From Chiloscyllium plagiosum (lineage: Eukaryota), in assembly GCF_004010195.1 (NCBI RefSeq), contig NC_057749.1:21146883-21184101 (forward strand): a DNA stretch of 37,219 nt. The letters run 5' to 3'. How positions within the stretch are numbered: the stretch's first letter is position 1; every line of letters begins with the position of its first letter. The notes under the pieces were generated by a model, which saw only the letters and a list, made by a program, of their open reading frames with translations, ran no database searches and had not been told where the DNA came from. A program made the position numbers and the translations under genes. Shown one piece after another: positions 11,891-24,849 of this stretch.

Positions 11891-12668
11891 CACTGATCTT
11901 AAGCAAAGCTTTTTTCACTGAACTAACCCCATTTTATTTCCCAAACACATTCTGATTGATCTCTGGTGGATCTCTGTCTCTGTATGTCAGAGGGGCTATT
12001 TGCTCACACCAGGGAACAAATGGATCATATAGGCAGCACTGTCAGAAATAGGAGCTTTTAGGAGAGGCCGAGATCCCTGCATGGCAAGATCCCATGGCCC
12101 TATTTCAGAGAAGCACATGGGGAGTCCCACTTGGCGTTCCAGTCAATATTCCAACAGAATGGACCAGGAGGTTCTGCAAAGTCACAGACCAACAGCCATC
12201 TTGTGAACCCGGGCAGCAAAGACTGACGAAGTGTTTGTTTTCCCACCTTTCCCTCCTGGATCCTTACCCTGCCCAGAGGTCAGCCCCACTGTGAAATAAG
12301 CACGTTCTTTCATTTTCCATTAATAAAGCTGGCCGTGTCATTTTGTTGGGCCGAAGGGCCTGTTTCCACACTAAGTAATCTAATCTAATCTAATCAAAAA
12401 CCAATCACCCAGTTATAAACACTGAACATCTCTAAGGGGGTGGAAGCAGAGAGAGGGGATAAATCAGAATGGATTTGGAACAGGAGATAAGGCACTCCAG
12501 CCTCTGTGGTACCTATTCCTTGAGGATACTGATGGACACCGTGTATTCCCTCACAGTCGGATGTGAATGCAGCCCATCCACCGCTCGCTGCCTAAACCTA
12601 TCACTGAACACGAGAGAAAGGACCCAGCTCCTTCTGTTTTCAATAAAACTAGCTCTGAATCATCCCAT

Positions 12669-13075
12669 CACTAAACCAACTAACCCATCCCTGTCATCAA
12701 ACCAACTAACCCATCCCTGTCATTGAACCAACTAACTCACCCCAGTCACTAAACCAAATAACCCAACCCTGTCATTAAACCAACTAACCCATCCCCGTCA
12801 CTTAACCAACAAACTCACCCCAGTCACTAAATCAACTAACTCACCCTGCTCACTAAACCAACTAACCCAATCCCGTCATTAAACCAACTAACCCAATCCC
12901 GTTACTAAACCAACTAATCCATCCCAGTCATTAAACCAACTAACTCACCCCCGTCACTAAACCAACTAACTCACCCCTGTCATTAAACTGACTAACCCAT
13001 CCCCGTCACTAAACCAACTATCTCACCTTGGTCACTGAACCAACTAACCCATCCCCGTCATTAAACGAATTAACA
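12669..13075. repeat. 26-bp minisatellite, about 15 copies (ca[c/t]taaaccaactaac[c/t]ca[t/c]cccngt)
   Basis: Period-26 tandem units read directly. Confidence 0.95.
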
Positions 13076-13914
13076 AATTACGGGTACGGCTCACCAGGGG
13101 TCAGTGCAACAATAACAGAAGGGAAAGGAACAAGGGAGGATTTTGATGGGATTCCAGGGGGACAGAACGCACTCCAACCCCCAGGAGCCCACCCCACTGC
13201 GGTGGGATTGGAGGAACCAGCTTTTCCCTTACCTCACGGAGTATCGTTCTGTTTGAGTGTGGTCCTGGCCTGGTTCAGATTTTATTTTCTAATCATCCTA
13301 TTCGTTGATGTTATGATACATCAGGATTCGAATGCAGGCCTCCTGGCTCAGAGACAGGGGCGCTACAAACTCCATCTGTTTTCGTTTTCTTATTTTTTAA
13401 TTAACCTGCTAATACCAAATCCAATCAACATCACCTTCTGTCACCATGGAATACAGCGGTAGTGTCCCTCTCCCTGAGCTAGGAGACCTGGGTTAAAGTC
13501 CCACCTATCCCAGATGTGTGTATTAGCATCACGGTATTGGCTGACTCAAAGATATTTTCTAGTTTAGCCGTGACAGAGACCTGCCTTTCTAACACGGATG
13601 GGTACGTGCTAAGGTTATGAAAGATTCTGAGAACGATAATTACATCTTTGTACAAACAGCTGTTAAAACCCCAAAGTTGTTAATGCAGTGAGACATCTAC
13701 TGGGTGAAGAGGCTTGCTGTGTGCAAATTGGTTGCTGTTTCATTACACTGATGCAGCTAAAAGTGTTTCATTAGCTATCATGTAGTTTGGGATGTCTTAA
13801 AGTGGCTTATGGCGCTATACAAATTAAAGTTCTTTCGTCATGAACTTATCTTCTGTGAGCCTCATAAGAGTGAAGAGGCAGATTGGAGTGTGTGTTCAGC
13901 ACTTACACAGCTAC

Positions 13915-14515
13915 AGAGAGACTCTGACAGAGTGCCACAGGGACAGAGAGAGACACAGACAGAGAGAGAGAGAGAGACACGGACACACAGAGACATTGAC
14001 ACAGAGAGAGACAGATACAGAGAGACACGGACACACAGAAAGAGACACAGATAGAGAGTCACGGACATAGATACAGAGAGAGACACAGACAGAGAGAGAG
14101 ACAGATACAGAGAGACACGGACACAGAGAGAGACACAGACACAGAGAGCGACACAGACAGAGAGAGACAGACACAGAGAGAGACAATGACACAGAGAGAG
14201 AGAGACACTAACACAAAGAGACGCCACACAGAGAGACATGAAGACTAAGAGATACAGACACTGAGAGAAACACAGAGAGGCATACTGACACAGGGACAGA
14301 GAGAGAGACGCGAAGGTAGAGAGACTGGCACAGAGAGAAACTGACACAATGAGACACAGTCACTGAGAGAGACACAGACACAGAGAGACACAGACACAGA
14401 GACTGACACAGAAACTCTAACACAGAGAGATACGGACACACAGAGACACGGACACAGAGAGAGAGAGACATTTACACTGAGAGATACTGACAGAGTAAGA
14501 CACTGACACAGACAG
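13915..14515. repeat. Degenerate GA/CA microsatellite
   Basis: Low-complexity gagagacacaga runs. Confidence 0.95.
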
Positions 14516-15317
14516 TAACTTTGCATTAGGAACAATTTCAAATTTCTAACGGGAATGGACTTCCATCTCCGAAACAGGAGCAGCCAAAACTCTATTGGAG
14601 TGAAATATATAAAAGAACAGAGTGCATTGTGGGTAATACTGTATACAGTGTTCAGGAATATTTATGGAATCTAAAGGCTCTGGATTTACTTTCTCGTTAG
14701 AAATAGGAATGACCCACTGCCCAACAGGATAGCAATTGAATATCATAATAATTATAACAGTCTTTTGGTTGACAGTCCAGGAGGTGAATGACAGAGTGGT
14801 TACAGTGAAACATTCACATTCAGTCACCAAAGTCTGACTGGACCATCGAGCTGCTCTTTCATTAGAGAGAGAGGTGACCGGGTGTGGTTTAACCGGTGGG
14901 TCACTGTGCCTCGGGTGAGGGGAGAGGGTAGGAAGGAGGGGCTTTTGTAGTAACCTCAGCTGGTGCAGGAACCTGCTGTTGGATGGTACTGTACATGGCA
15001 GACCACTGTCCAGCCCGTCCATTCCCGACGAAGGGCTGATGCCTCAAACGTCGATTTCCTGCTCCTCGGATGCTGCTTTTCCAGCACCACACTCTCGACA
15101 CCGACTCCCCAGCATCTGCAGTCCCCACATTCTCCTGTCCACTGTCCAGCAAATTGAGCTAACTGACACCCCCCCCCCCCCCAAAGCATTTGTATACTAC
15201 CTCAGTAATCACATTAGAAATATATTCATGTAACAATTATTTAGAACCAAAAAAAACGTACAAACAAATTCAAGAAGAAAGTGGCAGCCCAGATATGACA
15301 GAGCAAGTGGAGTATCG

Positions 15318-15517
15318 GATGAGCTGCCAGAGGAAGTGGTGGAGGCTAGTAAATTGAATCATTTAAAAGGTACCTGGATGGGGACATGAATAGGAAGGGT
15401 TTGGAGGGATATGGGCCGGTGCTGGCAGGCGGGACTAGATTGGGTTGGGATATCTGGTCAGCATGGACAGGTTGGACCGAAGGGTCGTTTCTGTGCTGTA
15501 CGTCTCTATGACTCTAT
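15318..15517 (+). mobile_element. CR1 LINE 3' end
   Basis: Near-copy of 11578-11890 without the 92-bp insertion, so it shows the empty site. Confidence 0.85.
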
Positions 15518-16639
15518 AAGTGCACCATTCCTGTATTACAGCCAGCGGTAAATATATTGTTCATCACATAAATTCATCATATACATTCTTCACTGTGGAA
15601 TTGAACCACGTGGCAACTAGGGCTAGGAGACAGATAGAGGATATAACCTGGGGCCCAGGGCTCTGCGGGGAGGAGGGTGGTCAAGGGTCTCCTCAGATTG
15701 GCAGCCCAGATCCACAGCAACACCACAGCCCGCGATGTCAGTCCCTGTCTCAGGCTGGACCTACACATGACCTGAACAGAAGTCTCCGGCCACATGGGGC
15801 AGCATCTCTCTCATGGAGTCAAACCATTTGGGTTGAAGACTCACTCCAGGCCCTGATGGTCAAGGGGGCTGGGTCCAGCTTGGAGCCAAACTGGTTGAGT
15901 ACCAACATGCAAATCCTACCAACACATACCCATGGCGGGCAGTAAAAGTGGGAGAGATGCCTGGTCAGGAATGTGATGGAACTGACCCTCCTGGGAAGTG
16001 TGCCCGTTGCTACAGCAACCTGGCCTTCCTGACTAGGTTGCATATGATCTCAACTGACCTGCTTCAGCTGAAGCCAAATGCGATTATTTAATTTTTCTTG
16101 TACGATCAGGTGAGAGCAAGCAGTAGGACTGGGCAGAAAAGAATGTGCGACAGATTCTGCACACTTCCCAATCCACTTCAAACCAAATCACAACTTGACT
16201 TGCAAAAATTGGTTATTATATTTTGGTGATGCCACACAAATATGAAGGAATTGATTGCTTAGTTAGTGAATAAGATCTCACCTCAGTGTTTGTCCCAGAG
16301 CAACCCCAAGGCTGTCCTAAGCAGCGTCCAGCTGCCTTAAGGGGTTCACTGAATAAGTACATGAGCTCCACTGAGTTGTGTGGTACACTAGGTAGTGTTC
16401 CTACCGCGGGGGCATGTATTACAGCTCCCACCTCAGCAGCACCTCAGCACAAAGCGGTCAACCAATGAGACTCCCAATTTGTAAATCCATCAGATGCTCT
16501 TCTGTCAGCCAATCAAAGTAAGAGAGTTTCCGAGTCTGTTACATGAGCGGAAGTGGAAGTCTCCCCCACATTAAACGCCCAGGTTCTTGGTCTGAGCAAG
16601 CATACCCTTCTTCTGGGAGAGTATAGCACACAGCCGGCC

Positions 16640-16721
16640 TGCACACACTCCCACTCCCACTCCCATACACGTCCTCACACACACCCACACTCCCTCACAC
16701 ACACACACCCACTCCCTCACA

Positions 16722-16752
<31 letters not shown>

Positions 16753-16925
16753 CCACACTCCCTCACACATTCCCACACTCCCTCACACATTCCCACACTC
16801 CCTCACACATTCCCACAATCTTCACACACACCCAGACTCCCTCACACACCCATACACTCACTCAGACACTCCCTCACATTCCTGCACTCCCTGACACCCT
16901 CCCACCCTCACTCCCTCACACACTT
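16640..16925. repeat. CA/CCCACACT-rich simple repeat
   Basis: Read directly. Confidence 0.9.
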
Positions 16926-16926
16926 C

Positions 16927-17540
16927 AAGAACAAAGAACAATACAGCACAGAAATAGGCCCTTTGGCCCTCCAGGCGCCACCACATTTTGACCTTCCAAA
17001 TTAAAACTGTTTACATGTACAGGATCCATATCCCCCTATTCCCTTTCTGCTCACGTACTCGTCCAGGTGCTTCTTGAATGCTGCTATTGTGTCTGCTTCC
17101 ACCACCACCTCTGGCAATGCGTTCCAGGCACTCACCGCCCTTTGTGGGAAAAACGAGCCTTGCACAGCTCTTTTAGAACTCCTTCCTCACACCTTGAGCC
17201 TGTGTCCCCTAGTAACTGACTCCTCCTGGGAAAACAACTTCATACTTCCCACTCTATCCACGCCATTCACAATCTTATAAACCTCTATCAGGTCGCCCCT
17301 CAACCTCCTGCGTTCCAGTGAAAAAAAACCCAGTCTATCCAACCTTTCTTCATAGCTAAATTCCCCCATACCAGGCAACATCCTGGCAATCCTTTCCTGC
17401 ACCCTCTCCAAAGTATCCACTTCCTTCTGGTAGTGTGGTGACCAGAATGTACACAATATTCCAAGTGTGGCCTAACTAAAAGCTATAAAGCTTCAGCATA
17501 ACATATCTATCCTGATACTCAATGCCCCCTCCAATGAAGA
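16927..17540 (-). mobile_element. CR1 LINE 3' fragment
   Basis: Peptide FWSPHYQKEVDTLERVQERIARMLPG..FSLERRRLRGDLIEVYK. Confidence 0.9.
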
Positions 17541-17541
17541 C

Positions 17542-17572
<31 letters not shown>

Positions 17573-17735
17573 ATACACACACACATGCAAACACAGACAC
17601 ACACAAGCACACACAGAGACACACACAGACACAGACACACACACATGCACACACAGAGACATAGACACACACACACACACAGACAGACACACACACGCAC
17701 ATACATATGCACACAAACACATACGCACACACACA
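17542..17735. repeat. (CA)n-rich microsatellite
   Basis: Read directly. Confidence 0.95.
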
Positions 17736-18721
17736 ATAACACATCTATTGTGTTTGCATTTGGAATTATTTAAACCAAAGATTAGAGCTGACCAAACTGG
17801 GATTGACAAGGTACTCCTATCTGGTTCCGGCTGGATACAGGCCCAAATGTTTCACTTTATTCACTAATGGGATGTGGGCATCACTGACAATGCCAGGATT
17901 TACTGCCCAACGCAAACTGATCTTGAACTGAGCAGCTTACTCGGGCCATTTTGGGAGCAGTTAAGAGTTGACTCTGTTTACCGAAGTCTGGGGTGTTGTG
18001 GTAACGTCTTTAAGCCGGTAATCCAAAGGCCCAGGCTGACACTCAGCAGGCATGGGTTCGAATCCCATTGCAGCAGCTGGTGAATTTAGATTCTATGAAT
18101 TAAAAACCTGGAACTGGAAACTAGTCACTGCGATTGGAACTATTGCCGATTATGATTAAAAACCCATCTAATTCACCTGGGTCTCTGGATTAAATCGCCC
18201 AGTGTTAATAGCACAAGGCCATCATCTCCCCTATGAACTATCTACAAAAGATTGCCCTTCTTCATGTTGTGCACATGTATCTTACACTGAGGACTGGAAA
18301 ACGATGGTGAGTTTCTGATGATTTGTACAGTCCCATCCTAATCACAAATCAATATAAACCTGGAGCCTCAATCACGCTGAGCCTTCTTGCCAAGTTATAA
18401 AATATTGCCAGGACCAGGCAATGTGCACAAAATCCAAAATGTACTGGAATGTGGGGTATTTGTCATCCAATGTCGTCAAGCCAAAGCCAACCTGGGTCCT
18501 TTGAGCAAAGCTAATGATTAGTATTAGAGTTTCTACTTGGGATTCCAGTCGGCCATTCCATGAGGTTTTATGGGTTATAAACACAAACCAAAAACTCAAA
18601 CAATTGACCTCCAAATGTATGGAGACTATGATTCCGTAGACTCGTAATGGAGGATTCTAACCTTTGCTCACTGCTGATGTTCAAACTAGGATCGTCCTCT
18701 GGAGTACTACAGGCAAGTTGT

Positions 18722-19026
18722 GGGCGGCATGGTGGCACAGTGGTTAGCACTGCTGCCTCCCAGCGCCAGAGACCCGGGTTCAATTCCCGCCTCAGGCGAC
18801 TGTCTGTGTGGAGTTTGCACGTTCTCCCCGTGTCTGCGTGGGTTTCCTCCGGGTGCTCCGGTTTCCTCCCACAGTCCAAAGATGTGCAGGTCAAGGTGAA
18901 TTGGCCATGCTAAATAGCCCGTAGTGTTAGGTAAGGGGTAAATGTAGGGGTCTGGGTGGATTGCGCTTCGGCGGGTCAGTGTGGACTTGTTGGGCCGAAG
19001 GGCCTGTTTCCACACTTTAAGTAATT
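18722..19026 (+). mobile_element. HE1-like tRNA-derived SINE, near full length
   Basis: A box TGGCACAGTGG, B box GGTTCAATTCC, central ccgggtgctccggtttcctcccacagtccaaagatgtg, CR1-like tail gggccgaagggcctgtttccacact. Confidence 0.9.
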
Positions 19027-19195
19027 TAAACTAACGCCTTCCGAACAGGCTGGCCTTTGTCCTGGGGAGAGTCACTCTCGAGACTGCCATCAACCCTGTG
19101 ACTCTATGTCTCTATGCTACATGAGTAACATTTCTGGTCATTGGGCACACAAAATCATTTGGTCATCACATCACTTGAGAAAAGAATGGATTCAC

Positions 19196-19317
19196 CTGTA
19201 ACTATGCAGGTAAACTTGACATCAGTGTCCTCGGACACTGCATGGGACTTCAACGTGGTTTCGAATCCTGGCTGGGTCTCTTCGGTTATCTGAGCAATGA
19301 TGTTACAAAACGTTTGT
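19196..19317 (-). CDS. ALPK3: ALPK3 internal exon, 122 bp, start of N-terminal Ig domain (QTFCNIIAQITEETQPGFETTLKSHAVSEDTDVKFTCIVTG)
   Basis: Acceptor ttttttctttcag, donor CAG|GTGAAT. Lies within ORF 19155..19337. Close to ALPK3 STFCSIIAQLTEETQPLFETTLKSRSVSEDSDVRFTCIVTG (recalled). Confidence 0.95.
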
Positions 19318-19574
19318 CTGAAAGAAAAAATAACCAATAGCGTTCAAGGTATCAGGCCAAAACCATATTTAACACTATTCTGTACAGTTAAAATCCTAAC
19401 CAAAATTTGTCATAACTGAAAATGGTGATGTTGTTACCACTGATCGATAATATGCAGAGACAATTCCTGACACTGTGAGGTTGTAATCAAGACATAACAA
19501 TATTTCATATGTCAGTGAAAACTGTAACAAGAATTCCATACTTATCATCACTTATGGATTCTACGTACCGAATG

Positions 19575-19940
19575 CCATCCAGGATAAAGCAGCCCACTTG
19601 ACTGACACCTCTTTCAGCATCTCACCATTCACTCCCTCCACCACTGATACACAGGGGCTACAGGATGGACCACCTACAAGGTGCACTACAGCAACTCATC
19701 ACGGTTCCTTCAACAACATCTTCCAATCCTGTGACCTCTTGAAATGCAAGGGCAGCAGGTACAACCACTTGCAAGGTCCTCTCCAAGCCTCTCACCAAAT
19801 ATGTCGCCGTTCCTTCAGTGTGTCGGGTCAAAACCCTGGAATCCCTTTGCAAAGGGCATTGTGGGTCTACCTACAGCACAGGGAACGCAGTGGTTCAAAA
19901 AAGCAGCTCACCCCCACCTTCTCAAGGGGCAACTAGGGAC
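19575..19940 (+). mobile_element. L2/CR1-clade LINE 3' remnant
   Basis: Homologous to 26600-26965 (ccatccagga-aaagcagcccacttga...). Confidence 0.65.
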
Positions 19941-19954
19941 ACATTCTATAAATG

Positions 19955-20092
19955 TCAAGACTGTGGTGCTGGGAAAGCACAGCAGGTCAGGCAGCATCCG
20001 AGGAGCAGTAGAATCGATGTTTCAGGCATAAGCTCTTCATCAGGAAAATTCTCGACTCTGATCTCCAGCATCTGCAGTCCTCACTTTCTCAG
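19955..20092. mobile_element. Family A element with decayed hammerhead (20016-20043, minus) and inverted terminus
   Basis: Sequence similarity to the other family A copies. Confidence 0.7.
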
Positions 20093-20657
20093 AGTCAATA
20101 AATGGCTCATTAATGCCCTTTAGAGATGGAAATCTGTCAACCATACCCAATTTAGTCACATGCAACTCCAGACCCACGGCTATGTGGCCAACTCTTAACT
20201 AACTAGAGATAGGCAATAAATGCAGGCCCAGCCAGTGATGGCCACATCTCATGGGAGAATCAAAGCAGGTCAATTCAAATTGCGGAACAGATGAAAAATA
20301 ATAACAGGTTGCAACTTAATCATATTGTGAGGAACAATGGAGATCTGGGTAATCATGTTGATGGGGTGTGGTGGTTTCTGTAAAGATTAATTGACTCTTT
20401 GGCACCTTCACCAAACAGTACTTACATTGTATTGTTCGTAAGCAGCAGACATCTCGAGTTATCCAAATCAATGAAGTACTTGTGACGTGTAGCCTCTGAT
20501 GTAATGTAGGAGCACAGTGGCCAGCAGGGGAGGTGGTGGTGTAGTGTAGCAATCCAAAAAACCCCAGGTTAATCCCACCTCGACAGATGGTGATGTTCAA
20601 ATTCAGTTGCAAATAAAAAGATGGCCTAGTGACAATTATATAACTGCTGTCAATTCT

Positions 20658-21045
20658 GGAGAAAGGGAGGATTGCAGATTCTGGAGATCAGGCCAAAACC
20701 ATATTTAACACTTTTCTGTACAGTTAAAATCCTAACCAAAATCCATCACAACTGAAAATGGTGATGTTGCTACCACTGGCCAATAATACACAGGGACAAT
20801 TCCTGACACTGTGAGGTTGTAATCAAGACAGAACAATATTTCATATGTCAGTGAAAACTGTAACAAGAATCCCATACTTATCATCACTTACGGATTCTAA
20901 ATACACAACAGCATCCAGGATAAAGCAGCCCACTTGATTAGCACCCCATTCACCATCTCACCATTCACTCTTTCCTGATTCTGGAAAAGCACAGCAGGTC
21001 AGGCAGCATCCAAGGAGCAGGAGAATCAGCGTTTCGGATCAGGAA
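20658..21045 (-). mobile_element. Family A element interrupted by a 284-bp copy of nearby intron sequence
   Basis: Element halves at 20658-20690 and ~20980-21045. 20687-20970 matches 19351-19634. Confidence 0.7.
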
Positions 21046-21269
21046 AATTCTGGTCCATTAAAAGGAGGGGAATCTGTCACCCTTACCCAGTCTGGTCTAT
21101 ACGTAACTCCAGACCCACAGCAATGCGGCTCACTCTTGTCTAGTTAGGGATGGGCAATGAATGCTGACCCAGCCAGAGAGTAAATAAAACTTTCATGACT
21201 TAGATCCTGTACAGAGTTGTGCTAGTACGCAGATAATATTAAGGTGTAACTATTAGTCAGTAATTGCCT

Positions 21270-21490
21270 CTTCTCTTCTACAAAATGATGCCAAGGGATC
21301 TCTTACAAACCCCCGAGAGGTCTCAGTCTCACACCCCATCCATAAGAGGGCACCTCAGGGAGTGCCGCACTGCCTCAGTACTGCACTGGAGCATTAACCT
21401 GGATTGATATGCTCACACCTGAGCGTGGGATTTGAATCCCAAACCTTGTGAACCCAAAGCAATAGCATCACCAGAGAGACACCACTGACA
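21270..21490 (-). mobile_element. Deu-domain SINE remnant (SacSINE1/AmnSINE1-like)
   Basis: gcca.gggatct.ttac...cacctc...cagtactgcactggag resembles the reverse complement of the Deu domain as I recall it. Followed by a B-box-like gggatttgaatcc. Confidence 0.55.
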
Positions 21491-21539
21491 GCAAACATAG
21501 CTGATCAGTATTACTATGAAATTACAGCTCACACCCAGC

Positions 21540-21875
21540 CACACCGACACTCACATGTGCACACACACAGATGCACAAGATATACACAAAGACAGGCAGA
21601 CACAAATACACACCCACCCAGATACACACAAAGACAGATACACATTGATATACAAACACAAATGTGCACACACAGAGACACACACACACACAGATTCACA
21701 TGCAAAGACACATACACAAACGCACACACACACAGCCTCACATACACAGGCTCTCACATACACACAGTCTCACACACACACAGACTTATACACACATACA
21801 CACTGACACACACACACAGTCTCACACACACACAGACTTATACACACACACACACTGACACACACACACATGCAC
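21540..21875. repeat. (CA)n-rich microsatellite
   Basis: Read directly. Confidence 0.95.
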
Positions 21876-22299
21876 TCAAGCTTCTCACAATGAAAGTAGA
21901 TCAAAAGAAATGGAATCCAAAGCAAAGATGTTGAAGAGGAAATTATATCATTTTCTAATTCGGAACAAACTTGGATTAACTGGCCGGGAAAGTGGCTGAT
22001 GAAATATCGAACCAGCAGTAGACGCATGCAAAATACAAGACCTTCTACCTCAAATAAAACAAAGAGAAATGCAGGTGAAGCATGTACCAGGCAAGATTAC
22101 AGAAGCTATATCTAAAACTTCAGGGTTTCACAGATAGACTGCACAATTAAATGGCTTTTGTCAAATGCAGAGACTGCAAGAGAGAGGTAAAGTGAGTGCA
22201 GAAAGAGAGATTAAGGAGTGAGGGAATCAATATAAGCAAAGACTGTGAATACAAAAGCAAGTATTGACAACATTTATACTTCGCCAGGGAACTTGGATA

Positions 22300-22470
22300 A
22301 AAACCAAAACAACTGTGAATGCTGTAAATCAGAAACAAAATCAGAAATTGCTGGAAAAGCTCAGAGCGTCTGGCAGCATCTGTGAAGAGAAATCAGAGTT
22401 AACATTAACTCTGATCTCTCTCCACAGATGCTGCCAGACCTGCTGAGCTGTTCCAGCAATTTCTGTTTTT
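22300..22470. mobile_element. Family C fold-back element lacking the hammerhead core
   Basis: Inverted arms around 22403-22404. Same family as 183-300 and 31066-31385. Confidence 0.7.
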
Positions 22471-22674
22471 GGTAGAATTTGGAATCTGGTTCTATAAGGG
22501 GTAGTTAAGGTGCATAATGCACATGTATTTAGGAAGATAAGAGTAATCGAACAGGGAGAAAGTAGGGACTGCAGTTACTGGAGAGTCAGTCGAAAAAGGT
22601 GGCGCTGGGAAAGCACAGTGGGTCAGACAGCATCTGAGGAGCAGGAGAGTCAGCGTTTTGGGCATAAACCCTTG

Positions 22675-23072
22675 AAAGTAGAATCGCATGTAGACAGGAT
22701 AGTGAAGGAGGCGTTTGGCATACTTTCCTTTATTGGTCAGAGCATTGAGTACAGGAGTTGGGAGGTCATGTCGCAGCTGCAGAGGACAGAGTATTGTGTG
22801 TAATTCTGATCTTCCTCTTTATAGGAAAGATGTTGTGAAACATGAAAGGGTTCAGAAACGACTCACAAGGACGTTGCCAGGGTTGGAGGGTTTGAGGCTG
22901 AACAGGCTGGGGCTGTTTTCCCTGGAGCTTCGGAGGTTGAGGGATGATTTTACAGAGGTTTATAAAATAATAAAGGGCATGGATGGGGTAAACAGACAAG
23001 GTATTTTCCCTGGGGTCGGGGAGTGCAGAACTAGAGGGCATAGGTTTAGGGTGAGAGGGGAAAGATATAAAA
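22675..23072 (+). mobile_element. CR1 LINE fragment
   Basis: Peptide RKDVVKHERVQKRLTRTLPGLEG..LFSLELRRLRDDFTEVYK. Confidence 0.85.
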
Positions 23073-24289
23073 GAGAGGCAGAGCCTATCAAACCTTTCAC
23101 CATAGGAATTCATTCCAGCAATCAATTGAGTTAACCTCCTCTGTTCCAATTCTATTGTAACTACATACGTTTTCAATAAGGAGACCAAAACTGTACGCAT
23201 TCCTCCATATTCGGTCTCTAGTAACAAGATTCCCTACTTTTAGATTCCGTTCTCCTTGCAATAAATGGCAACACACCATGTACTTCCCTGATCACATTGC
23301 TGCAACTGCATACTAATCCTCTTGTGATTCACATCCCAGGCCCTCCAGACCCTTCACTGTCGCAAGGTTCTGCCATAAATGAGAGTCATTTACTCTCCCA
23401 TGGGGTGTGGGTGCCACAGGCAAGGCCAGCATTGGGTTGTCTATCTCTAACTGCCTTCGAACAGTGAGGACACTTCACAGAGCAGTTAAGGGTCAACCAC
23501 AGTGCTGTGGGCCTAGAGTCACGTGGGCCTGACCAAGTAAACACACAGATTTCACTCCCCATGGGCATTAGTGAACCTGATGGTTATTAATAACAAGCAA
23601 CAGTGGTTACCTCATTACGAGTGGACTAGCTTTTATCCCCCAGGCTTATTAATTGGATTCAGATTTCACTATGAACCATGTCAGAGTCTAAAGCCATAGC
23701 AATCCCATGATCCTGGGATCACTAGTTCTAGTACATTACCCATCTGCCACCTTCTCTCTAAGTCATTATAAAGGGAAGTCAATTATGTTGATTTGGTGTG
23801 GGACAAGATTTTTTTTAGCTGTTGAAATATTACCCGAGACTTGGGACACCCATTATAGGGAAATATCTTAAAGCCACGGAAAGTTTACACAAGAAGAATG
23901 CTGAGAGATGTGGGGGTGGGGGGGGAAGTTACAAAAAGCTGCAAGCTCTTTATAAAACAGAGGAGGGCAATCCAGTCGAGATCTTCAATGGCTGAAAGGT
24001 TTCAAGATGATAAATAGTGAAAGAATCAGCTGGTGAACCAGTAAGAAGAGGGTAAAAGGGATAGAATTATCAAGAGCAATGGAAATAGAGAGAGAGAGAC
24101 CGAGAGAGAGAAAAACAGAGAGAGAGAGAGACAGAGACAGACAGAGTGAGTGAGAGAGAGGCAGAGAGGGAGAGAGACAGTGAGAGATAGAGACAGAGAG
24201 AGAGAGAGACAGACAGACAGACAAACAGCCTGACTTTGTCTCAGTAGCCTCTTGTGAATTGTGAGTAGTCAAAAATGTGGGAAAGGTAG

Positions 24290-24812
24290 ATCAATGTGTT
24301 TACACACCTGAACCCCCGAGTCTCTTTGTTCTACAACACTACCTAAGGTCCTATTTTTAATTGTGTAAGTCCTGTCCTTGTTTGTTTTACCAAAATGCAA
24401 TATCTTGCATTTATCCAAATTACACTCCACCAGTCACTCAGCCCATTGACCCAATTTGTGGTTTAGTCAGTCCTTACGTGCAGCCAGCTAATCAAACCCT
24501 GCCGAGGTCTACTGAGGTGAAAGAACTTTCTTGCACTTAGCCTACGTCAAGTCCTGCTGAGGTTAGCAATGCTTTGACCTTTGTTAAGTTGTGTTGCATT
24601 ACAACCATGGGTTGGCTAGTTTTCCCATCATGCAACTATCTGTTTCATACAATTCCACAAACTGATCAAGATCCCTTTGTAATCTTAGATAACCTTCCTC
24701 ACTACCCACTGCACCACCAATTCTGGGATCATCTGCAAACCGACTAACCACGCCTCTTATATTCTCATCCAAATCGTTTATATAAATGACAAACAAAAGT
24801 GGACCCAGCATC
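24290..24812 (-). mobile_element. CR1 RT fragments
   Basis: Peptide LGPLLFVIYINDLDENIRGVVSRFADDPRIGG. Confidence 0.8.
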
Positions 24813-24849
24813 GATTGCATGGGCATCATTGGTGAGGTAGTATTGGTGC

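Noticed and set aside
12669..13075. CRISPR-like periodicity
   Set aside because: Contiguous tandem units without unique spacers, in a eukaryotic context.
13809..14541. Cys/Val/Ser/His/Thr-rich ORFs here and at 16553, 17476, 21516, 35685 and 36155
   Set aside because: Translations of CA/GA microsatellites.
18722..18795. tRNA gene
   Set aside because: The A/B boxes belong to the SINE head, which continues into the SINE body.
20425..20500. Candidate ALPK3 micro-exon ending in GTAAGT
   Set aside because: In-frame stop in the required phase.
22088..22112. 24-nt candidate micro-exon (ttttag...gtacat)
   Set aside because: Would create TGA at the junction with the next exon, and the donor is weak.
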